From a bacterium (GTDB taxonomy: Bacteria > UBA10199 > 2-02-FULL-44-16 > JAAZCA01), in assembly GCA_963674695.2 (NCBI GenBank), contig CAXXGI010000001.1, positions 680,929 to 744,928 on the forward strand: a stretch of 64,000 nucleotides of DNA, in the 5' to 3' direction. Positions 20,102 through 27,980 of the stretch are shown in pieces; within the stretch, counting starts at the first letter, position 1, and every line of letters begins with the position of its first letter. The position numbers were made by a program, and so were the translations under genes. The notes beneath the pieces were generated by a model, which had not been told where the DNA came from, searched no databases, and saw only the letters and a list, made by a program, of their open reading frames with translations.

Positions 20102-21130
20102 ATGGACACCACCGATATCAAAAAAGAGGTCGCACAGCTGCACAAGAACCGGGGGCGCCTCGTCCAGGTTTCCAATGTGGAATGGTATTCGTTGTTCAAG
20201 GACGAAATTCGCAACTCCATCGCCATAGAGGGTGTCTTCACAAACAGAAATGATCTCATCGATGTTCTCGAAAAGAATAAGCGAACGGACAAGCAGAAGG
20301 CCGCCGCGATCCTGGGGTATTTCGAATCGGCCTCGGCCATCTATGAATACGCGGCCAATCAACACAGCGAGGGAGAGTTCTCGCTGCGCATGTCCGATGT
20401 CAGGCAGATCCACACGCTGCTCATGCGCTATGAAAAAGAGATGGGTTTTTACGATGGCGAGCTCGGGGAATTTCGCAACAAGCGCGTGGACGTCACCATG
20501 TCGACCTTTACTCCGGTCAATGCATTTCATGTCAGGCAGGCCATGGAACTTCTCGTGAAGTGGGTCAATCATCATATAAAGAAGAAAACGTATACACCGG
20601 TCAGGCTGGCGGCGATGGCACATGTGTGGTTTGAGTCGATTCACCCCTTCCGTGACGGGAACGGACGCTCGGGGAGGATATTGCTGTCGTACGTGCTGAT
20701 AGGCTGCGGATACATCAACGTTGCCATCAAGGGCGTCTCCAAAAAGGACCGCAATCATTATTATGAATCACTCGAAAAGGCGGACGACGACTTCGAGTCA
20801 ATACACAGACGAATCGAGGACGGCGAAACATTCAACGTGGCGGATGTGGACAAGCTCATTCACCGAAACCATTTTGATGCATTCACCGCCATCGTCGTTG
20901 AAGCGCTGAAAGAATCCGTCTCCCGTCTCAAGGAAGTGGATGTCGACCGGATCGACAAGGAAGCCCTGTTGCCCCTCAGCGATCTTTCACACCTCTATGG
21001 ATATTCGTCGGACTATCTCCGAAACCTCATCAATCGGGGAAAATTGAGGGGGCAAAAAAAAGGCAAGACTTGGTATGTGCGCGTCAAGGATCTTGCCGAG
21101 TACATGGAACAACTCACGTCGGATTCTTGA
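20102..21130 (+). CDS. Fic-family protein (class II, N-terminal inhibitory helix) with C-terminal excisionase-type HTH
   Basis: Canonical Fic motif HPFRDGNGRSGR. Inhibitory-helix motif SIAIEG ([ST]xxxE[GN]) near the N-terminus. C-terminal YLRNLINRGKLRGQKKGKTWYVRVKDL. Confidence 0.9.
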   Translation: MDTTDIKKEVAQLHKNRGRLVQVSNVEWYSLFKDEIRNSIAIEGVFTNRNDLIDVLEKNKRTDKQKAAAILGYFESASAIYEYAANQHSEGEFSLRMSDVRQIHTLLMRYEKEMGFYDGELGEFRNKRVDVTMSTFTPVNAFHVRQAMELLVKWVNHHIKKKTYTPVRLAAMAHVWFESIHPFRDGNGRSGRILLSYVLIGCGYINVAIKGVSKKDRNHYYESLEKADDDFESIHRRIEDGETFNVADVDKLIHRNHFDAFTAIVVEALKESVSRLKEVDVDRIDKEALLPLSDLSHLYGYSSDYLRNLINRGKLRGQKKGKTWYVRVKDLAEYMEQLTSDS

Positions 21131-21185
21131 TGATTCCTTGATACGCGTCGAGACAGCGCAAAAACCCTCTCCCATCAGTATCGTT

Positions 21186-21442
21186 GTTTCTCCGGGATCA
21201 CGCCGCGGACGCACCTCGTCTTCGGTCAACTCAAAGTAATCGGCCACGTGCCGACGCGTGACGATGAGCGTGTGCCCCTCGCTCAGGATAAACTCCGCGA
21301 GGTGTTCTCCCGAGAACACCCAACCGTTTTCTTCGTCTGACGCTTCCCTCACTGCCGCCAATCGCTGCAGACGCAGCAAACGTCGGCGGTGGGTGGCGAA
21401 GCTAGTGTGAATAGAGCTTGCCTCGTCTGATGGGTTTTTCAA
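21186..21442 (-). pseudogene. HIT-family pseudogene (internal deletion removes the histidine triad)
   Basis: 21186-21212 matches the 3' end of the intact HIT gene (22752-22778). 21224-21287 matches its middle (22963-23027; GHTLIVTRRHV.DYFELT). The HxHxH segment in between is missing and the frame then runs into the Fic 3' end. Confidence 0.55.
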
Positions 21443-21623
21443 CAGAAAGATAAATGACGCAGGATATCAACATGTTGCATCTTTTATTGATCAGAGGGGT
21501 TAGGAGGGATCAATTTTTCTATAGCTTCTCGGCTTATTTTCTCATACAGTTGTCAAAGTACACCCGCCGGGCGCGCCGTAAGGCAGCTCACTTCGGCGGG
21601 TTTTTCATATTAAGGATGAATAA

Positions 21624-22529
21624 ATGAAATATTCAAAACCTCCGCTTACGTTTGAAGACCAAGCTGACCTGCTTATTTCTCGCGGCATGACAGGCAATCG
21701 AAATGACATGATTTCCCGTTTATCTGCCGTAAACTACTACCGACTCAGCGGTTACTGGCACACGTTCCGCAAATTACCTGAACAGATGTTTCAAGACGGC
21801 ACCACCCTTGAGAAAGTTTGAAAGCGCTACGCATTTGATCGTCATCTTCGATTACTCGTCATGGATGCCGTTGAACGTGTTGAAATTGCCGTTCGTACGC
21901 AGCTGGCCTATCAGCATGCGCATACGTATATGAATCCCTTTGCTTATGCAGAAGATCCTCGTTCCACCCCTGGATGGGACCAAGAAAGACGTGACCGTTT
22001 TTTGGCCACACTTGCTAATGAAATGAAGACCAGCAAGGAGACCTTCGTTGATCATTTTCGTTCCAAGTATGGGGCTGAGCATGCCTTCATGCCAATCTGG
22101 ATGGCTGCGGAGATCATGACCTTCGGACACATGTTGACGCTTTTTCGAGGCTCTTCCCCGCAGATCAAACGTGCCGTCGCTTCCATGCTGGGCATCCATG
22201 ACACTGTTGTCGAATCATGGTTATTGATGCTCAACACGATCAGAAACATTTGCGCCCATCATGGAAGGCTGTGGAATCGTGGGTTAGGAGTTAAACCTAA
22301 GATTCCAAATCGTGATCCAAAGTGGCGTACCCTCATCTTAGTCACCAATGATCGAATGTTCGGTGTACTCACAATCCTGAAATATTGCCTCGATCATGTT
22401 GCACCGCAGAGCAAATGGCCTCATCGCTTAAAAGAACTGATAAGCACATCCTCCGATATTCCACTTACCAGCATGGGATTTCCTAACGATTGGGAACGAT
22501 GTCCGATCTGGATGGAATTTGTACGTTAG
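21624..22529 (+). pseudogene. Abi_2 (AbiD/AbiF-like, HEPN) abortive-infection gene interrupted by one in-frame TGA at 21819-21821
   Basis: ORFs 21624..21821 and 21861..22529 share a frame (237 nt apart). Joined, they read ...NYYRLSGYWHTF...EKV*KRYAFDRHLRLLVMDAVERVEIAVRTQ...IRNICAHHGRLWN, which is the Abi_2 layout with an Rx4H motif. Confidence 0.8.
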
Positions 22530-22701
22530 GGCACCTCTATAAACTGCGTTTTTTGTTTTTGTCATTCCCGCATGGAGTAAGCGGGAATCCAGCCAGGTGC
22601 CTTTGTGTACGACTTTCCAGGGCTGGATCCCCGACTACAACACTCCCGCCAGAGGCGGGCAGGCGGGGATGACAGCCAAAACCGGGTTTTTAGAGGTGTC
22701 C
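22529..22701. mobile_element. MITE-like element, second copy (173 bp)
   Basis: Imperfect terminal inverted repeats GGGCACCTCTATAAAC / GGGTTTTTAGAGGTGTCC. The interior is about 85% identical to 4335-4486. TTA on both flanks. The first G overlaps the Abi_2 stop codon. Confidence 0.6.
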
Positions 22702-22740
22702 TTATGTTTACCGAAACATCCGTCATCACCCCACACACTC

Positions 22741-23109
22741 TTAATACTTCTGTTTCTCCGGGATCACGCCGCGGACGCCGCCTTTGGGGTCGGGCATGTC
22801 GCCTTCGTAGCGGGGGATGAGGTGCAGGTGCACGTGATCGATCGTCTGGCCGGCGGCGCGCCCCACGTTGACGCCGACGTTGTAGCCCTGGGGTTTGTAT
22901 TCGAGATCGAGCGCGCGCTTCTGCTCGATAAGCATCGCCTGCATCGCCCGCCCTTCTTCAATGGTCAGCTCAAAGTAATCGCCCACGTGTCGGCGCGTGA
23001 CGATGAGCGTATGCCCCTGGCTCACCGGATACTTATCACGGATCGCGACGACAACCTCGCCCTCGGCGACGATGCGATCTGGGGAGATGTTGCAGAAGGG
23101 GCAGGTCAT
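22741..23109 (-). CDS. HIT-family (histidine triad) nucleotide hydrolase/transferase
   Basis: N-terminal CPFC, GHTLIVTRRHV and the triad HVHLHLIP. Confidence 0.9.
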   Translation of the reverse strand: MTCPFCNISPDRIVAEGEVVVAIRDKYPVSQGHTLIVTRRHVGDYFELTIEEGRAMQAMLIEQKRALDLEYKPQGYNVGVNVGRAAGQTIDHVHLHLIPRYEGDMPDPKGGVRGVIPEKQKY

Positions 23110-23118
23110 GGTTCGTTT

Positions 23119-24162
23119 CTAAGCCTCTTTTTCACATATGCGATGAATGCGGACTTCAAGCTCGCTCAAACCTTCGATGATCGTCTTCCACTCGGGGTAA
23201 TCGCCGAAGATCATGGCTTGCATCTGCGCGTAGTCGCTGCGGAGGTCCGCCATGCGTTCGTGTGGCGGCACCAGATGGAAGCTGCCTGGCATGGCCGTCT
23301 CAAAATGTTTCCATGCCGCGCGGAAGAAAACCAGCTTGTGCTGGACAACCCTCTTGAGGAGATCGATTTGTCTCAAGGCCTTGTCAGCGAAGGTGGTCTT
23401 CGAAAGCTGATAGAGATCATAGTAGTGGCGCGCCAAACGTTCCCTTGAAGGCTCCTCCGTAGATCGATGGTATTCGCCGTGGAGAAGCGTCGCTTTCTCC
23501 CAGAAGGTTCGTTCCGCTTCGAGCGTATAGACACGACACGAAGGATTATCGGTGAACACCAGAGGAAACGCATCGGCCGCGTAGGGTTTGATATCGTGAT
23601 CCTCTCCCGGCCAGTCGTCCGAACGCGCGCCCATTTCCAGGCGGATTGCAGGCCGGATGTAATGGCTTGGCTCACCGGCGATATCGGTGGCGGGATAGGT
23701 GAAGAGGATGGTCTGTGGATCGAGCGGATCGATCTCAAGACGCCAACCCTTGCCCCCAAGCACGCCTGCGAAATCTTCCTGAAGTTTTGGCAGAAGACTT
23801 TCGCGGATACTCTTCTTGCAGGCATCGGTGAGCGCTTCGATCCTGCGCCGTGCTTCCTTCGCACTAATACCAGGCTGTTCGGGATCATGATCGTCAGCGA
23901 AACCAAGATCACGGCGGGAAAGCGAAAGGCCCACATCCTCCGAAAACCGCTCGATCACGTTGTACGCCTTTGAGAGCGATGTACCACCCTTGAAAATCAA
24001 GTGAGGGCGATAGCGGATGACGTCGAAGAGCCGTCGGAGGGTCCAACAAACCCAAAAGTCTTTCTCGATGATGAGAGGCGAGCGTTCCGGATGCAATGCG
24101 ACAGCGGTACGCCGGAACAAATCAGCGCGATCCACAGGAGATGATTGAGCAACGCGATCCAT
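23119..24162 (-). CDS. abiEii: AbiEii/AbiGii-family nucleotidyltransferase toxin (type IV TA / abortive infection)
   Basis: FKGGTSLSKAYNVIERFSEDVGLSL signature. 1-nt overlap with the upstream AbiEi-like gene. Confidence 0.85.
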   Translation of the reverse strand: MDRVAQSSPVDRADLFRRTAVALHPERSPLIIEKDFWVCWTLRRLFDVIRYRPHLIFKGGTSLSKAYNVIERFSEDVGLSLSRRDLGFADDHDPEQPGISAKEARRRIEALTDACKKSIRESLLPKLQEDFAGVLGGKGWRLEIDPLDPQTILFTYPATDIAGEPSHYIRPAIRLEMGARSDDWPGEDHDIKPYAADAFPLVFTDNPSCRVYTLEAERTFWEKATLLHGEYHRSTEEPSRERLARHYYDLYQLSKTTFADKALRQIDLLKRVVQHKLVFFRAAWKHFETAMPGSFHLVPPHERMADLRSDYAQMQAMIFGDYPEWKTIIEGLSELEVRIHRICEKEA

Positions 24163-24785
24163 CAGCCCCTCCGGCCCGCAATGATTTTTTCAAGGACCGG
24201 CTTCATCCATGCGGCCGCATGAGGAAGATTTCGTTTCAACTCGTTCCTGTCCTTCGTGGTCAGGATGGAACTCAACCGGGCAATGACCTTCGACGTCATT
24301 CCTTTCGTGCCCAAATACCGGAGGGCCTGAAAAACGAGAGCGCTTACGTAACCGCGCACATCCATGGTCTTGGGCCCGCGGTTCAGAAGCCGCACCGTGT
24401 GGAGACCGAACGTCACTGTCCTGGTTCGACCGTTCGTATAGTAGATGATCTTTGCCGGTACCTGCGTCGAGAGACCGAGGAGATTGGCGGCAAGTGCTCC
24501 GGAGGGGATAACTTTCAACCCGTTTTTTTTGGCCCAGGCACGCACCATCTCGTCAGGAGGCGGGGGCATATCCTGACCCAGCAATGTGCTTACGCGCGGC
24601 AGGGCATACAGGCCACGCCGCACCCTCACGATCTTCCCCTGTTTCACCAGGCGGGAGAGGGCCTGCCGAACTGCAGTCTGGGTCCCCATATCGAGCAAAT
24701 CGGCAATAGGCACCACACGCCCCCTCTTCGCGCTTATCCTTTTAAATACCTTATTAATAACGTTATTTTTCATTTTGACCCGCAT
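24162..24785 (-). CDS. abiEi: AbiEi-like antitoxin / transcriptional regulator
   Basis: N-terminal winged-helix pattern VVPIADLLDMGTQTAVRQALSRLVKQGKIVRVRRGLYALP. Sits immediately upstream of AbiEii. The start may be the ATG at 24773. Confidence 0.7.
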   Translation of the reverse strand: MRVKMKNNVINKVFKRISAKRGRVVPIADLLDMGTQTAVRQALSRLVKQGKIVRVRRGLYALPRVSTLLGQDMPPPPDEMVRAWAKKNGLKVIPSGALAANLLGLSTQVPAKIIYYTNGRTRTVTFGLHTVRLLNRGPKTMDVRGYVSALVFQALRYLGTKGMTSKVIARLSSILTTKDRNELKRNLPHAAAWMKPVLEKIIAGRRG

Positions 24786-24842
24786 TTAAGTCACAAACTA
24801 CGATCGTTTTTTGTGACATATCTCATGGACTTTCATCACTGT

Positions 24843-24900
24843 CAACCACGCCCTCGGCGACGATGCGATCATCATGCACATTGCAAAAGGGACAGGTCAT
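24843..24900 (-). pseudogene. remnant of the HIT gene 5' end (about 20 codons)
   Basis: Close nucleotide match to 23052-23109. Encodes MTCPFCNVHDDRIVAEG (intact gene: MTCPFCNISPDRIVAEG), then diverges and stops. Confidence 0.6.
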
Positions 24901-24917
24901 GTCTTGTGCTCCATTCG

Positions 24918-26036
24918 CTACAGGAGATCGCGAACACGATTGATATCGATCTCAGAGAATTCCTTCCCGCGCATCCACAACATCGTGCGCTCGGGCAGAT
25001 GATAGTAGATCGATCGGGCAACGCCCAACGATTTTTCCACATCCCCCTCGATGCGACACTTTTCTGCAATGCGCGCCAAGTCATTGAATGACGTTGTACC
25101 CGTATCATTGCGTCGACACCAGCGCGCCACATGCTCGTCGGAGGCGAGAAAATCGCGTTTGTCGCGATTGCACCGCTCGTCCGCGAGGACAAGGTTGTAG
25201 ATTCCATTGTTTGGATAGCGTGACCAGGGGATGAAGTGATCCACCTCTGCCTTTTTCCCAATCTTTGAGCCACAATAGAAACACCTATTGTCCTGCACCG
25301 CCTGCAGCCCCGGACGAACAGCGATCAGCGCCTTGCGGCTCATGCCGAAGAGAAACTCCTCGAGCCGAGATTCCTCGAGACCGTTGATCGCCGCCACCAT
25401 CCTGGCCCAATGGCGATATAGGATGGGGCGAAGCAAGCTGTTGAGCAGCACCAGCCCTTCAGCAACGCCGGGCCGGAAGTGGATACGATTGTCGAACGAA
25501 CCTCCAGCATCCTTCTGATAGCGCGTGACCTCTTTTTGCATGCGATCCACATCGCCCTTTCGCCACGCGATGTCGTAGATGAAGCGATCCTCCTGCCCAC
25601 CGATCACCTGGACCCTGGGCAGGGGCATCTTGATCAACGTCCGTTCGATCGCCTTCACCAGACGATCGATCTTTGCGGGCGCCACATACCGCGCCGTGGC
25701 GAGGCTTATCGAGGGATCCGACAATGCCTTCCTGCATCGCTGAATATCGCTCAGGATCTGCGCCTGCCCCTTCGTGTTCTGATGGAGCACCCGCATCGAG
25801 CGGGAGACCGAGAACGGCATCGTGTGCGGCCAATAGAGATCGAGGACCTTCTCCGCCAACTGCCGCGTCGTCACCATCTCTGGCGCCCGCAACCCCTTCT
25901 CCGTGCGCTCCATGCACAGATCGATGAGCCCCAGTATCACCGCATACTTGTAGGTCGCGGTAAAAGAACCTTCATCCAAGAGGTTCAATATCCGCTCGGC
26001 GAGGGTGATGGGGGAGTGGTCGAAGTGGTTACCCAT
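24918..26036 (-). CDS. HNH endonuclease with a large N-terminal domain of about 260 aa, unknown function
   Basis: C-terminal HNH: CFYCGSKIGKKAEVDHFIPWSRYPNNGIYNLVLADERCNRDK. The N-terminal region (GSFTATYKYAVILGLIDLC...) was not assignable by eye. Confidence 0.8.
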   Translation of the reverse strand: MGNHFDHSPITLAERILNLLDEGSFTATYKYAVILGLIDLCMERTEKGLRAPEMVTTRQLAEKVLDLYWPHTMPFSVSRSMRVLHQNTKGQAQILSDIQRCRKALSDPSISLATARYVAPAKIDRLVKAIERTLIKMPLPRVQVIGGQEDRFIYDIAWRKGDVDRMQKEVTRYQKDAGGSFDNRIHFRPGVAEGLVLLNSLLRPILYRHWARMVAAINGLEESRLEEFLFGMSRKALIAVRPGLQAVQDNRCFYCGSKIGKKAEVDHFIPWSRYPNNGIYNLVLADERCNRDKRDFLASDEHVARWCRRNDTGTTSFNDLARIAEKCRIEGDVEKSLGVARSIYYHLPERTMLWMRGKEFSEIDINRVRDLL

Positions 26037-26171
26037 GAAAAGATCCCGACAGATCGAGAATTGCGTATTCCGATGACATGACCATACAAGAAGATGCCGT
26101 CAGCTTGGGGCGGTTGCACCCGCAGACTCGCGCCATCAACCAATTCCATCATAAGAAATCATTTAGAGTGC

Positions 26172-26762
26172 TCAGAACAGCATCATATATAACTTAGGAT
26201 AAGTCTTCTTATACCATCTCATAAATTCTTCCGCGTTGCTTCTAAAATGCAATGCAAACTGATTGAACAAATCATCATATTTATGAAATCCATCATACGG
26301 TTTTTCCCTAGAGGCTCTCAATATGGTTCGCACCCTTTGGTGCTGTGATTGGAGGTAACACAATCTCCGTTGTCCATTGAGACGATAATCATCTTTTCTA
26401 TTCAGTCGCCGCCTATCTGTGTAGTCAGGCGTTCCACCAAGCAACTCAAAGATGATAGCTACCAAAGAAAGAATGATAGAGGGATCAAATACTTCGCTCT
26501 CCTCACAAGCCTTTTTTATGTTGCTAATATATTTATCCAATTGCGCTTTATGAAAGCCATCGGTCTGCACATTCATCAAAACAGCCTTCTCGATGGAAAT
26601 ACTTATTCTTTTCAGGAGTTTTTTCCATCTCCCTTCATCCCGTTTTCCATGCACATGAAGCATGGTTGAACCCAATATCTTGGCAAGATATATTTCTCCC
26701 AAAACAGAAAGCTCCACCTCATTCATGTTTCTTCTTTTTGTATTCGTCAGAATCGATGACAT
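26172..26762 (-). CDS. hypothetical protein (196 aa), orphan next to Shedu
   Basis: Clean ORF in the low-GC block, 120 nt downstream of the Shedu gene on the same strand. No recognisable motif. Confidence 0.6.
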   Translation of the reverse strand: MSSILTNTKRRNMNEVELSVLGEIYLAKILGSTMLHVHGKRDEGRWKKLLKRISISIEKAVLMNVQTDGFHKAQLDKYISNIKKACEESEVFDPSIILSLVAIIFELLGGTPDYTDRRRLNRKDDYRLNGQRRLCYLQSQHQRVRTILRASREKPYDGFHKYDDLFNQFALHFRSNAEEFMRWYKKTYPKLYMMLF

Positions 26763-26882
26763 TTCTTAACCCACTTTCATAATGATTGAGTTTCAGCCAA
26801 CGCTTAATTCACAGGCCCATCAAATTAGCACATCTTCATGTTTTTCTAGCTGGCCTATGGTTCCTCACCAATTCTCGCAACA

Positions 26883-27962
26883 TCAAGATGGACAATCAAT
26901 GCTGTCATCAAATACTTCCAAATCATCAACTTCGTCTTCCACATCCCGCGGCGAATGACTCAATATTTCCACCAATCTTTCCCCCTGAGAAAGCAATTGA
27001 TCGTATGTCATTACAGTTACACCTGACAGTCGACGGTTCAATCCATGAAGAGCCTTAAGCTTCTCCCTAGCCCAATCATTTGACCGGCCAATAACAATTA
27101 TTGCTCGCGGATGATAAGCCACTATTTCTGGATGATCTCTCAACCCCTCGCCTGCAACCTCATGAAGAACATCTAGATATCTATGGCATTGACCAATGGC
27201 ACGCGACACATCAGCTGAATAATAATAATTTCGGTGCGCTTCATCGTAAAGCAATGCACTTTGATCAGGCCTCTTTAATTCAACGATATCTCTGTATCCA
27301 GATATTACAGTCGGAAGCAATATATCGAGCCTATCACCAGCAGATATGTCCCTTGCTTCATCTCGCATCACATAAGCATTACCAAATGCCCAGCTGTGTT
27401 CTTCACACCATTTTTGATATATATTTTCAGATACTTCTCCATTATTTAGATATTCTCTGAGTGTTGCTACAGCCGACCTCATCTCCTTTAAACGAATTGC
27501 GCCACGAAACGCGTTAATCAATTCTTCACTTAATTCGGATGAACCTAAATGTTTGACTATTTCTTCACTTGACAACACTTTAGTCAGTGCTGCCGCAACT
27601 GCTGCGGGATCGTGCGTGCCTATCTGTGCCGTACCTTCAGTAACCCTAATCAGTACATAACTACCATCTTCTTCCTCTTGTGCTATTGCAAACAAGCCCT
27701 TAAGTTCCACATACAGCCTACGTGCAGTTTCCTCTTTCATTGATATGGATTTCTCTTCGATAATCGCCCAATCTGCAGGAGGAGGACTTTTTTTGTATGT
27801 TACTAATTTAATCGCAAGCTGTGTACCGGCACTCCTAGGTATATAAAACGGGACGAGAACTAGGCGCGATGAACGAGTCTCATGAATAACAATAGACTCA
27901 CTATAGCTTACTTTTTCAGAGCTAGCTAACTTGCGGTCAATTGTTCTAATGTGTCCCATCAC
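26883..27962 (-). CDS. sduA: Shedu-type defence nuclease (DUF4263, PD-(D/E)xK)
   Basis: C-terminal WCEEHSWAFGNAYV...GDRLDILLPTVISGYRDIVELKRPDQ...VSRAIGQCHRYL matches the DUF4263 D...ExK core. Starts 18 nt after the brxL stop. Confidence 0.75.
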   Translation of the reverse strand: MMGHIRTIDRKLASSEKVSYSESIVIHETRSSRLVLVPFYIPRSAGTQLAIKLVTYKKSPPPADWAIIEEKSISMKEETARRLYVELKGLFAIAQEEEDGSYVLIRVTEGTAQIGTHDPAAVAAALTKVLSSEEIVKHLGSSELSEELINAFRGAIRLKEMRSAVATLREYLNNGEVSENIYQKWCEEHSWAFGNAYVMRDEARDISAGDRLDILLPTVISGYRDIVELKRPDQSALLYDEAHRNYYYSADVSRAIGQCHRYLDVLHEVAGEGLRDHPEIVAYHPRAIIVIGRSNDWAREKLKALHGLNRRLSGVTVMTYDQLLSQGERLVEILSHSPRDVEDEVDDLEVFDDSIDCPS

Positions 27963-27980
27963 AGCCTCCAGATTCCATCC

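Noticed and set aside
20987-21442. A 151-aa minus-strand ORF overlapping the 3' end of the Fic gene.
   Set aside because: It is the HIT pseudogene read through its internal deletion into the Fic antisense strand. It is not an intact gene.
21563-21607. The hairpin CCCGCCG...CGGCGGG followed by TTTTT, just upstream of the Abi_2 start, as a terminator.
   Set aside because: The loop is ~24 nt, too long for a typical intrinsic terminator, and no plus-strand gene ends just upstream. It could instead be a 5'-leader structure, which is unsupported either way.
21819-21821. TGA recoding (genetic code 4/25) as an explanation for the in-frame TGA in Abi_2.
   Set aside because: TGA is the stop codon of several well-supported genes in this window (pglX at 32655-32657, the repeat-protein gene at 41519-41521, and 42819..43247), so the standard code applies.
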